Part shown: positions 27,424 through 41,198 of the stretch, piece after piece
Layout: each line of letters opens with the position of its first letter
Numbering within the stretch: the first letter of the stretch is position 1
Assembly: GCA_051362555.1 (NCBI GenBank)
Contig: CM120643.1
Location: forward strand, 20,216,848-20,280,847
Length of the DNA: 64,000 nt
Source: Lingula anatina
Taxonomy: Eukaryota > Animalia > Brachiopoda
Direction of reading: 5' to 3'
The notes under the pieces: generated by a model
Told to the model about the DNA's origin: nothing
Database searches by the model: none
Seen by the model: the letters and a program-made list of their open reading frames with translations, nothing else
Made by a program: the position numbers and the translations under genes

Positions 27424-28194
27424 ACAATGACATATGTTAGCTCCAACTGATACCTAGAAATACACTAGATCAGATACATAATTTCTAGGAACTGCATCTT
27501 CTTCATCTTCAAGCATGAAATGTTATTGGTCGACAAGTACGTCACCTAGCACATGTAATTATAACAAAGCTAAGTATTTTCTATTTTTGCAGGCACTTTC
27601 AGTTAACATCTTCTAAGAAAGCCTTTTATCTTTCAAGAACATGGGCACTCGAGAATCATCCACAACAAAGACAGTTTGACATCAAATTTTAAATATTGCA
27701 ACATTGTATTTATGTTCTTTTATGACAGTATATTCCTGCCGTTGACAAGGCATTGATCTGTGGCATACAGAGATGATGGGCAGTTGAAAGAAGAAGTCTT
27801 ATAGCTGTGCCAGAAGCTGCAAAACAGGTAATTTGCACATCAAGTACATCTTAACTGTCCGTTAAAGGCCACTTCAGAGAAGGAGAGTGACACTTAGAGA
27901 CTATTCTATTGTCCTTTTTGTACGGAGTGGTATACTTAAGCAATGCACTTGTAAAAAAAAAAAGCAATAAGTTCTTGCACAATGCTCTACACAAATGCAT
28001 CTCAGTATAGTTTACATTAAGGAAAATATGCCTAGAAATTTTGGGAAGTCTTTGGCCCTGGTACTGACACTACATAGCATCTGATGTGGACATTCATGGG
28101 GAGAATACAACCCAGCAGCCTAAGAGGCTCTGAAAGCTAGCAAACGAAAAAATAGGTGACAAAATAATCATCCACGTCAGACATCTGCTTTAAC

Positions 28195-28330
28195 CTCTCT
28201 CTGCTGAGTGCCAAGCAGCGGGAAGGATCAGTAACTCCCTGGACGGGGTCAAACCCACATTCCCCCCACCCCCTCCCCACCCCACCCCACTACAAAGGCT
28301 GACAGTCTGACCACTAGTCCACCCAACTGG
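28195..28330 (-). mobile_element. Degenerate fragment of the same SINE family
   Basis: Shares GCTGAGTGCCAAGC and GGACGGG..AACCCAC with 60415-60495; another head fragment lies at about 19370-19424. Confidence 0.5.
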
Positions 28331-30107
28331 TAGTACCAGTACACTTTTAAGATTGACCAGGGAAAGGGATAATAACTGTTCGTAAGTTATCCATATTTCA
28401 TGATAAATACATTGTAAACAGCACCAAAAACAGTGGTTAACGCAATTATTCTGGATTGGTGCTTGTCATCACATCACGTGACCTCCATAGATAGCTACAC
28501 TATAATAATCTCTTAAGAGAATATTACAGAAAACCAAACTTTTTAGAAAATAACAAGGAAAGTGCACGGCGCCGGCATCGGCGACAGCATCGGCGACGAC
28601 AGATGCAGGTGATGGCAATATGTACAGACACAGAGAATATTGCTCTTTCATTATTATTTGAACATACAAGTGGTACTTAGGTAATAAACTAATCAAATTT
28701 CCACATGAGTATTTCATTGGGATACAATGCCAAAATATATTTTCACATAAAGAATGAGACAAGGTTTTCACATTTTTCAAATAAACCCTAAATTGCTTTT
28801 GAATTTCAACTATTAATTTTTTTATCAATTTAAAAATAATAATAATAATTGGTATTTATGTGTGTGTATGTGAACATGTATGTCAAGATTTGAAAGTCTG
28901 TCATAGAAATTTTCTAGATCCAACCTCTGCATACTTGCATGCCCTGTCTAGTGGAAGCTGTATATAATTCAATTTGGTATGATGGAAGACCTGAGTGTCA
29001 TTTAACTGTAATGAGTATCATGCCTATACAGTAATTCTTGACTCTTTTAGACGTGTTCTTATTCCACTTCAGATTCTTCCAAGTGCACTGTATTGACCTC
29101 AACACATTCATACTGCCATTTAAAGTTCCAGTTATTTTTGACAAGAAATGCAGGTGCCTTATATATTATAAATGCATACATACACATTTTGTCATCATGC
29201 AGGGTAATTTTTAGATTGCCTCCATATTTTGCTTATTCCAGCGTGAGATATTATTATAGTGTCAGCTGTCATGCTACATAAACTATTCTTATTGATGTTA
29301 CATGTCACATTGGCAGGTACAGCATCACTTTCATTTTGCCACATGTCTTGATGCCAAGAATCACGTCGAAGTATATCTAAAATAAAATTTTGAGAATTTT
29401 TGAGGTCCCTATATCCATTATAGCTACACAATGCATTCAAAATTGTATTGAAACATGTAGCTGCACTGGTGGCTGTGAAAAAAAATTGAAACCTTACCGG
29501 AAAATCTGTTTATGGCACTTTTCTTACTCAAAATGAAGAGTTGTCCTCCTTTTCCCTTAGCAAATTTGCTGCAATATTGCTGCAAACTGCAATTCCTTCT
29601 TGAAATTTGTACCAATAAAAATTTTTTTGCAAACTCATAGCTGCAAACTTTTAGGCACTTTAATCTATTGTTCTTAGTAATTATTGGAGTTCTTGCTCCC
29701 TAAAGAGCATTTAAGACTTTGCTGAAAATCTGAATTTAGAAGTCAATTAAAACAGGATTTAGCAATAAAATATCGGATTATTCTTAATACACATCTATAA
29801 TTATGCTTTATTCATACTTTCTACACCAGTCTGAGCTGGTGGAGATGTACAGAGATAAAGTAATAGCAATAAAAAATTCATAGATCATTAGCACCAAATT
29901 ACATATACAGATGTGCACTGTTATTACACATATATGTCCAGAATTTCATAATCATAAGCTAGGTGTGGTCTTAATGCTGAGTCAACTGTTCACAGCACTG
30001 ATGGTACTCTTGCATCAAACCACAAGTATTGTATAAATGACTAAGATATAGATATTAATCTATGCACAAGCCTGTTGTCCTACTTTGTGAAATGAATCTT
30101 TATAATT

Positions 30108-30677
30108 TATAGTTGCTATATGAGAGGAGAGGAAGAAATTATTTGCTCGGTTCAATAATTGGTGGCATTGGTGGCGAGAGTGGGAGTCACCCTGTGTTGC
30201 TCGAGCAGGAACACCTTGACAATCGAGCGACGCGATAAATTGTTAAAATACTGAGATAGATACTTGAGCGAGGTTGGCAATTATTGAAGGTGGGGTCAAT
30301 AAAGACGCCATGGGATGTTTAGCAGAGTGGAAGATGTAGTAGATAAGAAATAAAGATGTTGACGTACAGGGAGGGTTGGTGGGTTAAAATAAAGTTTTTT
30401 ACCTTCTGCCAGTCTTGCGTTGTAGCGTGTTATCTTGAGGTCATATTCTTGTACTCTACGTGCCACTCTGCCATACAGTTCCTTGGAATGGTCTGATGCT
30501 GGACACTTACTGTGGACGCATTGTAATTAAGTATTAATGAGTTGACTGCGATTGGTCAGTGATGCCCAGAGTGTTGTAATGATTGTGTGCGGCGAGCTGA
30601 GTGGCGACAGTGTGTCTGGCTGCCACATGTGTGCTATTGCTCTAGCTAGAGAGACTCCCGAAGTATATTGCACTATA
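30108..30677. mobile_element. Possible solo LTR or unclassified short-TIR element
   Basis: GC/CpG-richer island bounded by imperfect inverted ends TATAGT(T)GC(T/A)ATAT; three AATAAA on the + strand; no clean TSD. Confidence 0.35.
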
Positions 30678-30959
30678 AATAAAATTATAGTCTTCGCCAA
30701 TAATTTAGCATTTTATAGTAATTATTTATAGCCACAGACACCACTAAATGGAATATGCAACACAATTTCTTTTTTCAAAAGCAAAGTTAAGAAATTCGGC
30801 CAAAGATATTATCACTGTCTTGTTTGGGTTGCTCATTATGATATGTTCAAATCTTTCATATCTTTCTATCCCCTGTCTCGGATCTGTCTGGCCTATAGAT
30901 AGCCGTCTCTACTTTCTGGATAGCAAGCAAGCACAAAAAAGAATTGTGAAAATCTTATT

Positions 30960-31463
30960 TCAAATTTGAATACACCTGGTGCAGCAGTTTCGCAAAGAAG
31001 AAAAAATCTCTGTCTCATCAATGGCAACCAGCATTTTATTCTGAAATGTGAGGCCTATAAGGAGCTACGGGCATCTTTCCTTGAAAATAAAAAGTTTCTT
31101 TTGTATTATGAATGTCCACTCTCCACCAGATATGTTTACACACATCATGAGTACAAAGGAAATGGATGTAATTATGCCCCACCTCATATTTGTACAGAAA
31201 TGCATAGAGAAGAGAATTAAGCCTTTCTGCATATGTCCAAACCAGATCATAATACCAGTGTGAGATCCGCAGAGACTGGACGTGTAGATCAAACCTGGTA
31301 AATTGATTATGAAACACAATACACATATCCATTTGTATATATATAGCCATTTATGTAAACATTATGATCATATATTTATTTGTTTGTGCCATGTTCTAGT
31401 TAGTTGGGCTGTCATTGATTGTACCTTGTATGTGAAGGTGTTTATCAATAAATAATCTGAATC
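30960..31463 (+). mobile_element. Decayed CR1/L2-group LINE 3' end
   Basis: QHFILKCEAYKELR resembles the EDE.HFLL.C..Y..LR terminal zinc-knuckle motif; ends in AATAAA plus a short atctga-type tail. Confidence 0.55.
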
Positions 31464-33958
31464 TTTGCTTAGTTAAATCAAATAACAAATCAAAACAGGT
31501 GGCTAACTTAAGGTTTTTTCTGTCTTAAAGTTAAGCCACTAGAGCAAATTAATAAGGTCGTGTCGATGGTTTTAACTCTCAGTGGTGGCAATGGCATCCT
31601 ATCTATAGAGTATAGTATAGAGACTGTTCACAACGGATTTTGATCCAATGCCCACTAACACAATGGGGACAGGGTGACTGAATGCAATCAGATATACAGA
31701 TTGACATGCCTCCTCCTGGCTTTGAGTACAAGATAAAAAAGCTGGTGATTATTCAAGTATGTTGGAAACAAGAGGAGCATTGTTAGTGGAGTGCATTAGC
31801 TAGGTGGACAAAATTCATTGTGAATGGTTCCTATATCAACTATATGCATTTAGTAGGCCTATGAGCTTTTCATTCTTGAAACTCTCCTAGATCAATACTG
31901 CAAAGTCCACTTTATATAGTTGCATAATTATCTAAACTGAGCAGCCAAGGTTACTAACAAAAACATAGGACTTTTTTGTGAAAAAAGTTCCAAGATATAC
32001 TTTCAAGTGAAGTATAGAGCAATCATGTTTTTTGCTGCCTAACACCACGCCATCTGGTAGTTATCTCATTAACTAAGTCTTGGCTGGGACAGTGAAATTT
32101 TAATTTTGTATCCATGTATAAAAATAAAACTGACCATTACATATCAGACAAGGGTCCAATAATATGATCTGAACATCTCATTACTTATTTAATTTTGTTA
32201 ATCCAGTATGCACTGTATCCGTATACATTTTCAAAATACTTGTAAAAATGCTGCACTTTGGGTCTCTGTATTCTTTCTTCAACATTCTCTGCTGAGAGGT
32301 CCAACCATGTAAATTACATGACAGGAAACTTCATTTTTGATTTCACAAGTATTTCTACTGTTTGGATGGAATTTTTACATCCACTTGTACCATCCACACT
32401 TAAACACAGCAATAAAAAAAAAAGTGCAGTCAGTGTATGAGCAAAGGATCAGCATATGAAAAAAGTAGTTCACGTCCTTGTCAAGTTCCCAGGAAAGGGG
32501 AGGTCCATTTAGGTGATTCTCTTGCATTATGGCCTGCAGGTAATTAAGCTGTCAATTTTCAACACAGAACAGACTATTAAGACAGAATCCTGATGTGAAT
32601 ACAGTACTTTCATCTCTATTTCAACGCACAGATACACAGCAAGACTTGCTATTCATAGTTTCATTAATCATTCCATATCTATAACAGTAGAAACAAGTAC
32701 ATTTAAGTGGACCTCCTGGAATGCTTCTTGAAATATAACCTTTTCATTTTATCCTTAAAAGACGAAAAGAAATCTGGGTAACCTGTTCAAAAGGTATTTA
32801 GCCATCGCTCCCTACTTGACAAAATCAATGCAGCCAATTGCAGTAATCACATATCCATTTCTAACAATTTCCTAGAAACCAAACAAATGCAGAACCTGTA
32901 TATAGTGAATTGTGAATTCACTACAGTGTGGAGGTGGAGTGTCAATCCTGACCACATTACTGAGGCGTGGCAATTAACACAGATCTGCATTCATTTTGTA
33001 CTACCCTTAAAAAATAGAGTAGATAAAAACTGTACAGGGTTATAACTGAGAAAAAAAAGCGTGATAAATGAACCATTTACTTATTGTTGGTGGTAACAAA
33101 CTGTAACAGACGTGTATAAATTACATGAGTGAAATGCATGAATAATTAACTAAACATAAAACAAACAAAAAAAACTTTCAGACTAAAAAAAAATCTCAAT
33201 AAGATGTCAATGCAAAATGAGAAAAGATTTAACATTCACGTATGTGCAAGTAACATGATCTTTGCCTTCTTATAATTCCCAAGCTACCAGACTGAAAGAA
33301 GAAATTACATGGTGAGGAATAATCCGTCCCTTGAGATCAAGGTATTCTGCTTGCAAGGTGATTTATCAACAGATATTATACAGTTGTTCCATTATGTTCT
33401 ACCTTGCTCTTAATTGACTCCAAAATACAACTAAATGCATTCTGTAATCAGATAGACTGACATAGAATGAAAACATGTAAGGCTGAAAATAATACCCACA
33501 GAATGATAAATAAGTATTTTCTTTACTTCTTTTCTATGAATAATGGCTCCGATGTTTCACAATTTTGCAAATTAAAATCTCACATTGTGGTAATTGGGAC
33601 TGAATTTGCAGTGTTGGAAAACAAATCTTGACATCAGAGAAGAATTTTGTCAGCTGCGTTATGTAATTTAAACAGTAAGATATTGGAGACATTCAACATT
33701 TACAATATTAGTTGTTGACTGAAAAAAAAAAAACACTGCTTCAATCTTAAATCTTGAAATGAAAAAAAAATGAAAGAAAAAAATAAACTAAAAAAATGCT
33801 GAATGCAAGGAGCATTTTAATCCTGCAAATGCTTCACTCCCTATAGTTCTAACACAGGTACTATTTCAGTTCATTCTACAACAGGTCTGTGATGCAGGAC
33901 TAAGCAATACTTCTTTTCCAGATTGATTGTAATAAATGAGACAATTGCAGACTTCTTA

Positions 33959-34126
33959 GATCGTATTCACAACAGCGACTAACTAGTCCAACTATGGCAA
34001 CCCACTTAAATGCATGTCGCATAATCTCTTAATAGACACTGAATAGATTCCCCATGCAACAAGCATTCAAGTGGGTTGGCCATATTTGATCCGCGGACTA
34101 GTTAGTCAGCTGTTGTGAATGCAGCC
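33959..34126. mobile_element. Harbinger-like MITE family B, TSD TTA
   Basis: ATTCACAACAGC.GACTAACTAGTCC TIRs; further copies at about 640-865, 19698-19895 and 36006-36195. Confidence 0.8.
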
Positions 34127-37100
34127 TTAGTGATATGTGAAGGAAAAAAACATGCAGCATTACTCAATTTTCCAGCTGCTATGGATGCAAGACAATCAAC
34201 ACATTTGCCTGTCATCAAAATTATGGAAATAAATATGGCAGCTCTGAGGCAGCTGAAGAGCATGAAGGTTTTGTAATTCACAAATCAACTGAAACAAAAA
34301 AAAAAAAATGGAACAACTCTTGAATATTCCTTTTGGTATAATGTAAGTCAGTTGTATTCAGCCAAATATGTGCTATGAATACAATCAAGAAGTTGTAGAG
34401 ACTCAACAACTTCTTGATACAATTAAATATTGGAGAGAGATTACCGCTGAGCAGATACCTGCCTGACTGCAGTAATTCACTGATAGTTTAAAAAAAAAAG
34501 AGTGGTTCCCAGAACCAATGCTCTTTTTTATCAGTGTGAATGTACCTTCAGAAAAAAAATCTCTGGTGCATTTGTATTAACTAAATTATAACATAATGCC
34601 ATAAGAAAAGATTTATTTTGACACAAAAATCTATGTTAGCATATATAATTCTCAATAATTCGAGCAAACTTAATTGGAGATGGTCTTTTCGCTGAGGGAG
34701 ATACATGTTAGAAATACAAAGCCCTTAAATTGGTGATTCAATATTTCACAAACAATAAAATGTCCCCAGTTCTCCTGTCAGTCTATGAGGTCATCATATT
34801 GCATAACTTTTCATTAATCAATTCTTTTCATTTTTTTTCAACTGATTCTTACTCAGCTTAAGGTACAGTATAATTTATCATTGATGGAAATATGAAAATA
34901 AGATTTAATTTATGCAATCAGCAATTATTTCCCCCAAAATACAACCAGATAGCATCCTCATGGGTATCTAGTCATCTAAACAATACGCCTGCGTAACAGA
35001 GCCAAGAAAGTTGTCCTCAATAGCTATGGCCCCGTTCACATCCAGCAGTTGAGAGAAGGACAACTTCACAGCCTATAAATGACAATTACGTAAGCGGGTC
35101 ACTGAAAGGGAGCAGCCAAGCTAGCTAGATGAAGCCAATAAAATGGATTACTTTTGACTGGTTTGATTGAGGCTTGTAAAAAGGATACCCCCCCCCCACT
35201 CTCCTCAAGGTTTGGTATCCACAAGCACAGAGGTTTGCTATGGAGAAGGTTTAATTGTTTTGTCGAAATACATGTTCAGATACAGGTCGAGAGAAAAGGT
35301 AGAAAACAAATTAAACAAATCGCCAGTGGGTACTTATGTCATAAAAATTGAAGTGTTCTTCGTGAAATGCAGTTGATGTTCTCATTGAGCACACTCATTA
35401 CAGATTGAGATACATGTTCGAGCCAGTTATACCAATGTGATACACACAACTACACTGCTCATTTGAAAATTCCTGGTGGTATCAATCAGGGTTTACTTGG
35501 CATAAACTAGCATCACATCAATTCATTTTTTTCCTCAAATATGAGTTTCTGGTCTGCTGTGCTTTAAAAAAAGATTGGTTGTTTAACACAGTATATAAAC
35601 AAGTCTTAAAAACTTCTAGGTGCCGCCTTGTGTCTACCCATGGCTTTGCTGACATCAGCCAATGAAACTTATCCTGATCTATTTTTAGCATTTGACGGAA
35701 TGAGTAACCAGTCTTAATTTACCCCATTATACACCGTCAACGAAACAGGCGAGCTTCAAATTAGAAATTCGATAACTGCTATTTTTGACTTGAGACAGAC
35801 ATTGCGAAACAAAATAAATATGACATTTTCTAAAGATAGTATTCTTTTCCAGGAGTTTCCATGGACAATTCTCCAAAATTACAATTCCAGGTGTCTCCAG
35901 GAATTCCAGGTGCAGTACAAGCCCAGTATGCACTAGTGTCAAACCAATGGGCTATATGGACCAGTGGTCAAATAAAACTAAGGGAATTCAAGCCATGTAG
36001 TCTATGATTGCATTCAGAACAGCAGTCTTACAGATCCGCAGATCAAATGTGGCCAACCCACTTGAATGCTAGTTGCATAATCTCCATGGGGAATCTATTC
36101 AGTGTCTCGTTGGGAATTTAAAAGCGGCAAGCATTTTAGTGGGTCACTATATTTGATCCACAGATCTGTTAGTCCACTGTTCTGAATGAGCTCCATAACC
36201 CAGTATGTTAGACTATTATGACAACAATTCCAAGGGCTTTAAAGAAAGTTGATCATAAAACTCTACTTATTTGAAAACAAGTTTTTCATCTATTATTCAG
36301 TACATGTAAATATTGCGAGTTGCTCACTAGGAGCATTGGAATATAAATATCACTTGAATTGTAAAATAGTTTAGCAGGTATCTTTTTCAGAAGAAAGGGA
36401 ATTTTTGAAAAGGCTCATTGATTCTTAATCTCTCTTGATTTGTTTTACTCTATAATAAGCACTAATAAACTAATGAAATTAATGAAAAAGTACAAGTACA
36501 TAGAGAAATAATGAATCAAGCTATTCTGCCCTAAAATTGACAATGTTAATTCATTGTAATTGAGAAATAAGTAGAAATCTTTTTAAAATCTTTCAACATA
36601 CTGCATTTTAACAAATTTGGTAGCCACTCACTACTTCTTAGGTTAACACCACGATGTCGGTCAGTTGCTAAATGAAAGTTCCAGTTTCAGAATTCTTTAT
36701 ATTACATATTTTCAAATATTCTAGCAGTGGAACTGTTACAATTATTCATTGTGCTAACTGACTGCATGAAGATTTGTAAGTATCATGGTCATCAGTTAAA
36801 AATGAACCCTACACATTGCCTCAACCTTTTTCTATTTCCAAGAAGACGTTAATAACACAGTGTGTGGGTGGCTGTCATTTACCTTGGCATGAAATAACCC
36901 CATTAAGTAAAATAAAAAAGATACCTTACATAAAACAGAAGACATGAATCACAGCCCATGGAACATTTTACTTTTCTGTTTTATTTTCGCTTTCATATTA
37001 AATAGCTAAATTATCTGTTTACGCAGATTAGGTGTAATGTCGGAGAGTTAAAATACATATACAGGGTCTGTAACATCTGTGGTATATGTCCAGCCTGTAA

Positions 37101-40100
37101 CTATCCATTTCAAAGGGGGATTCTTATCCAGGAAAAGTGGACTTTCCGACCCCACTCCCAATAGTTGGCCCAACTTGAGAAATGACATGAAACCTGGATC
37201 AAACCTTGATTCGGAATGAATCTATTTCAGCCAAAAAAAAGGGAGGTACTTTCAACCCCCCCCCCCCTCTCCAATACTAGAACAGATTTTTGCACAGAAA
37301 ATGACATCAAAATATATATCAAATGAGACCTGTTGGCAAAAAAAAAAGAAATTCAAAATGTGTAAGAAATGATCAATGCTCCTCCTGGGAATGAGGAAAA
37401 ATGACCAAATTTGATCTGAAATCTGAAATATATCGTGTTCAAACTACATGTAACTTCAAACTATTGAAAAGACATGACTTTTTTTGTGACACTGATGGAT
37501 GGAAGTTTTAGAAATGTGCTGCCACAGAAAAGGGCAAGGGAACTTCTCAGGTTCTAACAAAAAAAAAAACATAATAATGTAACATATCTTTGGCTTACTC
37601 TGATTGTTTTTTTACATCTTCAGAAGAAATGTCATCCTTCTAACATTTCTTTTCCAAAGTTTAACTAAATCTGTTTATTTCTCAAGTCAGCTGACCTAGT
37701 CAAAGCGGCAGATGCTGTTGGCATAAGAAATGTGCTCCAAGCTAGATAAAACAGCCAAACTAAAAACTGAAGCTGCTCAGATTCAACAGCAAACAATAAG
37801 TAATCATATTTTGCCAACTCTGATTGTTTCATACTTCTTCACAAGAAATGTCAATCTTCTAACATTTCTATGCCAAAATCTTATTGGATTTGTTTTCCAT
37901 TACGCCAGTTGACCCAGTTGCTTAACATAGCAGACAACCGACTGAACACTTCCTCTAGTACCCTGGCAATGCATGTCATCCTTAAGAAACTGTAGAGGTT
38001 TGGATATACACTGGTCATTGTTCATCACATAAGCTGTCCTGCCATGCCTTGTTACCAAGACAACACAAAGAAAAAATTGTACTGGGTATATTGTCTCAAT
38101 GGAAGTACAGATATCCTGTTGATGACCATGCTAGACAACTGAACAATAGTTTATAACAGCTACCTGGTAACACGTGCCCAATGATCGGTCAAACATGGGT
38201 TAATCGCTTTAAAATCAATCAGTCATATCAAAATTACCCCCTTAATCCCCCTTCCTCCACCAGCCCTGGATTTGCCTAATATTCTTCACACTTAAAAAAA
38301 ACAAACAAAAAACAGAAGCATACACCCAATGATGATGTCTTTATTAAGAGCTGAATACCTGATGGGAAACATGGGAATAACTCATAATCAGCACTTTGTT
38401 CGAAGCCTCTCCTTAATGATTTTTACTGTAATTGTCACTGTTACAGGTCAGAAAACATCCATCAAATTATGTTGCGTGTTTGACAGGCTTTTTTTCCTCC
38501 ATATTTCTCTGCATTCCCAATCCACTTGATCATGGAGAAAACTTAATCATAATTTTCTTTAACTTTAACCCCAGGAAATTTAACCTTTATTTATATACCC
38601 AGGATTTATCAGTGGTTACATCCAACTAACTGATACTTGGATAAATTATAAAAAGTGAGATATGGTGAAAATCCTTAGCTTCAAGTTACTTTGCTTTTCA
38701 GAATTCCCACAGATCTTGTCCTAACTTGTTTCTTAAAGTGAACACCAGCCTTTGTGACAGACTAGGTAGAACCCTTGGGTATGATGCAGTGATATTACCT
38801 GAATCAATGTGATAGAGATGCCAATATGCTACAACCACACTCTGCAGTGCCTTGACTTGAAGCAGCATTTCTCGTTTCAGTGACAAAACTGAGGTTAGAA
38901 CAACTGCAGACAGGCTCTAGCTTTGTCACAAAGATGTGACTACAACATTAGTAGCCATGGTATCCTGAACATATCCTTTCTCTTGTTATCCCCCCTCACC
39001 CCACCCCCTCTACCCCTATAAAGACTCATCATCCTGCTGTCACCTTCTCTCCCTACAGAAAAAAAAAAAAAAAAAAAATGAAGCACTGAAGTTCAGATTA
39101 TGTAAAACAGGTGATCTGATCTTGGCTGCGTTCGTATTCTTAGGACACAGGCTTCCTCTCTTCAAATTAAATAAGGCTTCCTGCTGTTCTCTTCATAACA
39201 TGTCGCTGCCATCCGCAGGATATTACCTTAAAATTGGTAACAATATACTCACAGTGTTAATCACTCAATGGCAATTAGCTGCAACTAATATCAAAATGTG
39301 TAACACTTGCGAAACAGAAAGAAATTGCATCAACAAGGTGGCAAAAGGAATAAAAACATCACTTTATGGTCCAGGATGATTTGGGGGGGGGGGGGGTCAT
39401 TTAAGGCACAGTAAGATTGGATGCTGTGGTTTCATTTCCTAAAGAAAGTATATGAAAATAATATTTGGGTTAAACACAATACCACTGCATGATCAAGATT
39501 AGAAAAATTTAGATAGGCTTTGAAATATTGGACTTGGCTGTTCTTTCCTGTTTAATTTTGAATAATTTTAAGCTTGCCCTAAAAAAAACATTCATTCCTT
39601 TCATTAATGATTTCCTAAACTCTTTAAAGATATTTGTTATTGTGTATTTACATATAATGTGGTATCTCCTTGTTTACTCAACTTTGAATTTCATAATTAC
39701 CAATTATTTTTCAGTGCTAATGTGAACCAAAACAGCAACACAAAGGCACAGATAAGTACTGATGAAGAACCATGCCACTGTTACTTAAACACTCAACCCA
39801 TCAAGCAGCAGCTCAATTAAAGACGGAGAGACACTTACAGCACACCCACAGACCATATGGCATCAAAAGAAAATGATTAAATACAAAAAAGTACCAATAA
39901 ATCCAAGGCAGAGTTGTATTTGTCCATGCTGAGGATGTGAATTTTTATATTGTACTTGGAAATCTAATAAAAGGAGAGGAAATTCACGTTTATCTGCCGA
40001 GTGATGGAAAAAAGTAGATCTATTGCCTAAAGGCTTATCATTAAAACAACGAACATGTTCTACCAAGGTAGTGAAGTGATGTTTAAGTAAATAAAGTCTG

Positions 40101-40422
40101 AAGAAGACTCATGTAACAATAACAAAATGTAATAAATGCGAATTCTGGCACGACAAAAAATATGGCTTTCAATCACCTGTCTACAACTTTCAGAGCCAAG
40201 GAATACGGTAAACAATGAATATTTATGCCTTCGTATGAGCAAAAACAAGCTGCATAAGTTAAAACAGGAAACATATTCAAACTAGAGTATGCAAAACATT
40301 GCCTTTAAGTTAATTTCCAAGGGAGTTATTAATTTCTGGCTCTTAGAAAGCTGAATGGAAACCAACACCATACAAGTTACTTAATCTGTGACATTTGATA
40401 TGCAATTACAAGTTGGCTAGTG

Positions 40423-40624
40423 AGCCAATGACAGAAAGACATGACTCTTCTATAATCTCATCCAATAGGGAAAAGGCAAGGCATAACTTACTGTCTCCTT
40501 GAACATGTGTCTCAGCCAATAGGATTAGAACAAAATGCCTATCATCTTTTTACATGTCAGTCCACCAATGTGTCTTTCTATAGAGCTACTAATTCACTTA
40601 ACAGGAACTTGCTGAGAATATAAA
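40423..40624 (+). promoter_or_regulatory. Candidate GPCR promoter: four same-strand CCAAT boxes followed by TATAAA
   Basis: CCAAT at 40425, 40462, 40516 and 40565; TATAAA at 40619-40624, about 575 bp upstream of the ATG. Motif evidence only. Confidence 0.4.
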
Positions 40625-41198
40625 CGATAGAGTCAAACCCATAGTGCTACCAGAAACCATTATCAACTCAACGCTGCAGAATGAGAGGCCAAATTGTATG
40701 AATCTATGCTGGTCTTGAGCAGAGGAGGGGACTGCAGGTATTGTTTTGTAAAAAAATATTTAGTGTATTATTTCATTTACTCACATCGGGTGCCAGGTAG
40801 TAAGAACAATGCCTTTATCCTTGCAGTGTTTTGGCCACAAGTGAAACCTTTGGAAAGAATTCTTTCTTCCTTATAATTGCCTGATCTGTCACAAACAAGG
40901 TTGATGACACAACATTTGGTGGCCAACCAATTCATTACAATAGCCATAACACATGAGTTTGCGTGACTAGTGCAGCAACACAAAGCAAATTATTACTTTT
41001 GAAATTGTCTCAGCTCTGACAATCATGTGGTGTCAACGCTCTTTCTGTAAGGTAGAAAGTTTAAGCAAATAGCTGTCATGTAAAGACACTCAAGTTACCA
41101 TAAGTACCAAGTTACTTCAAAGTGCACACAAAGAAAAGTGACCGACTATCTGCTGCTACATCAGTGCTGAACGCAGTTCTGTGCGGACAATTTCAAAA

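Larger units (their letters stand above)
23677..27428 (-). mobile_element. Non-autonomous Helentron/HINE (DINE-1-like) element with internal satellite array
   Basis: On the minus strand: 5' end ATTGTACCACCAGC followed by a stem-loop; (CCGGCGGAG)n microsatellite at about 27327-27370; matching subterminal inverted repeat at 23711-23724; GAGGCG-gtat-CGCCTC hairpin 9 nt before a CTAG-TT 3' end. Confidence 0.85.

Noticed and set aside
40060-40248. IFCRAR resembling the DDX1 motif IFCRTK
   Set aside because: Flanking residues do not match DDX1 and there are no supporting splice sites.
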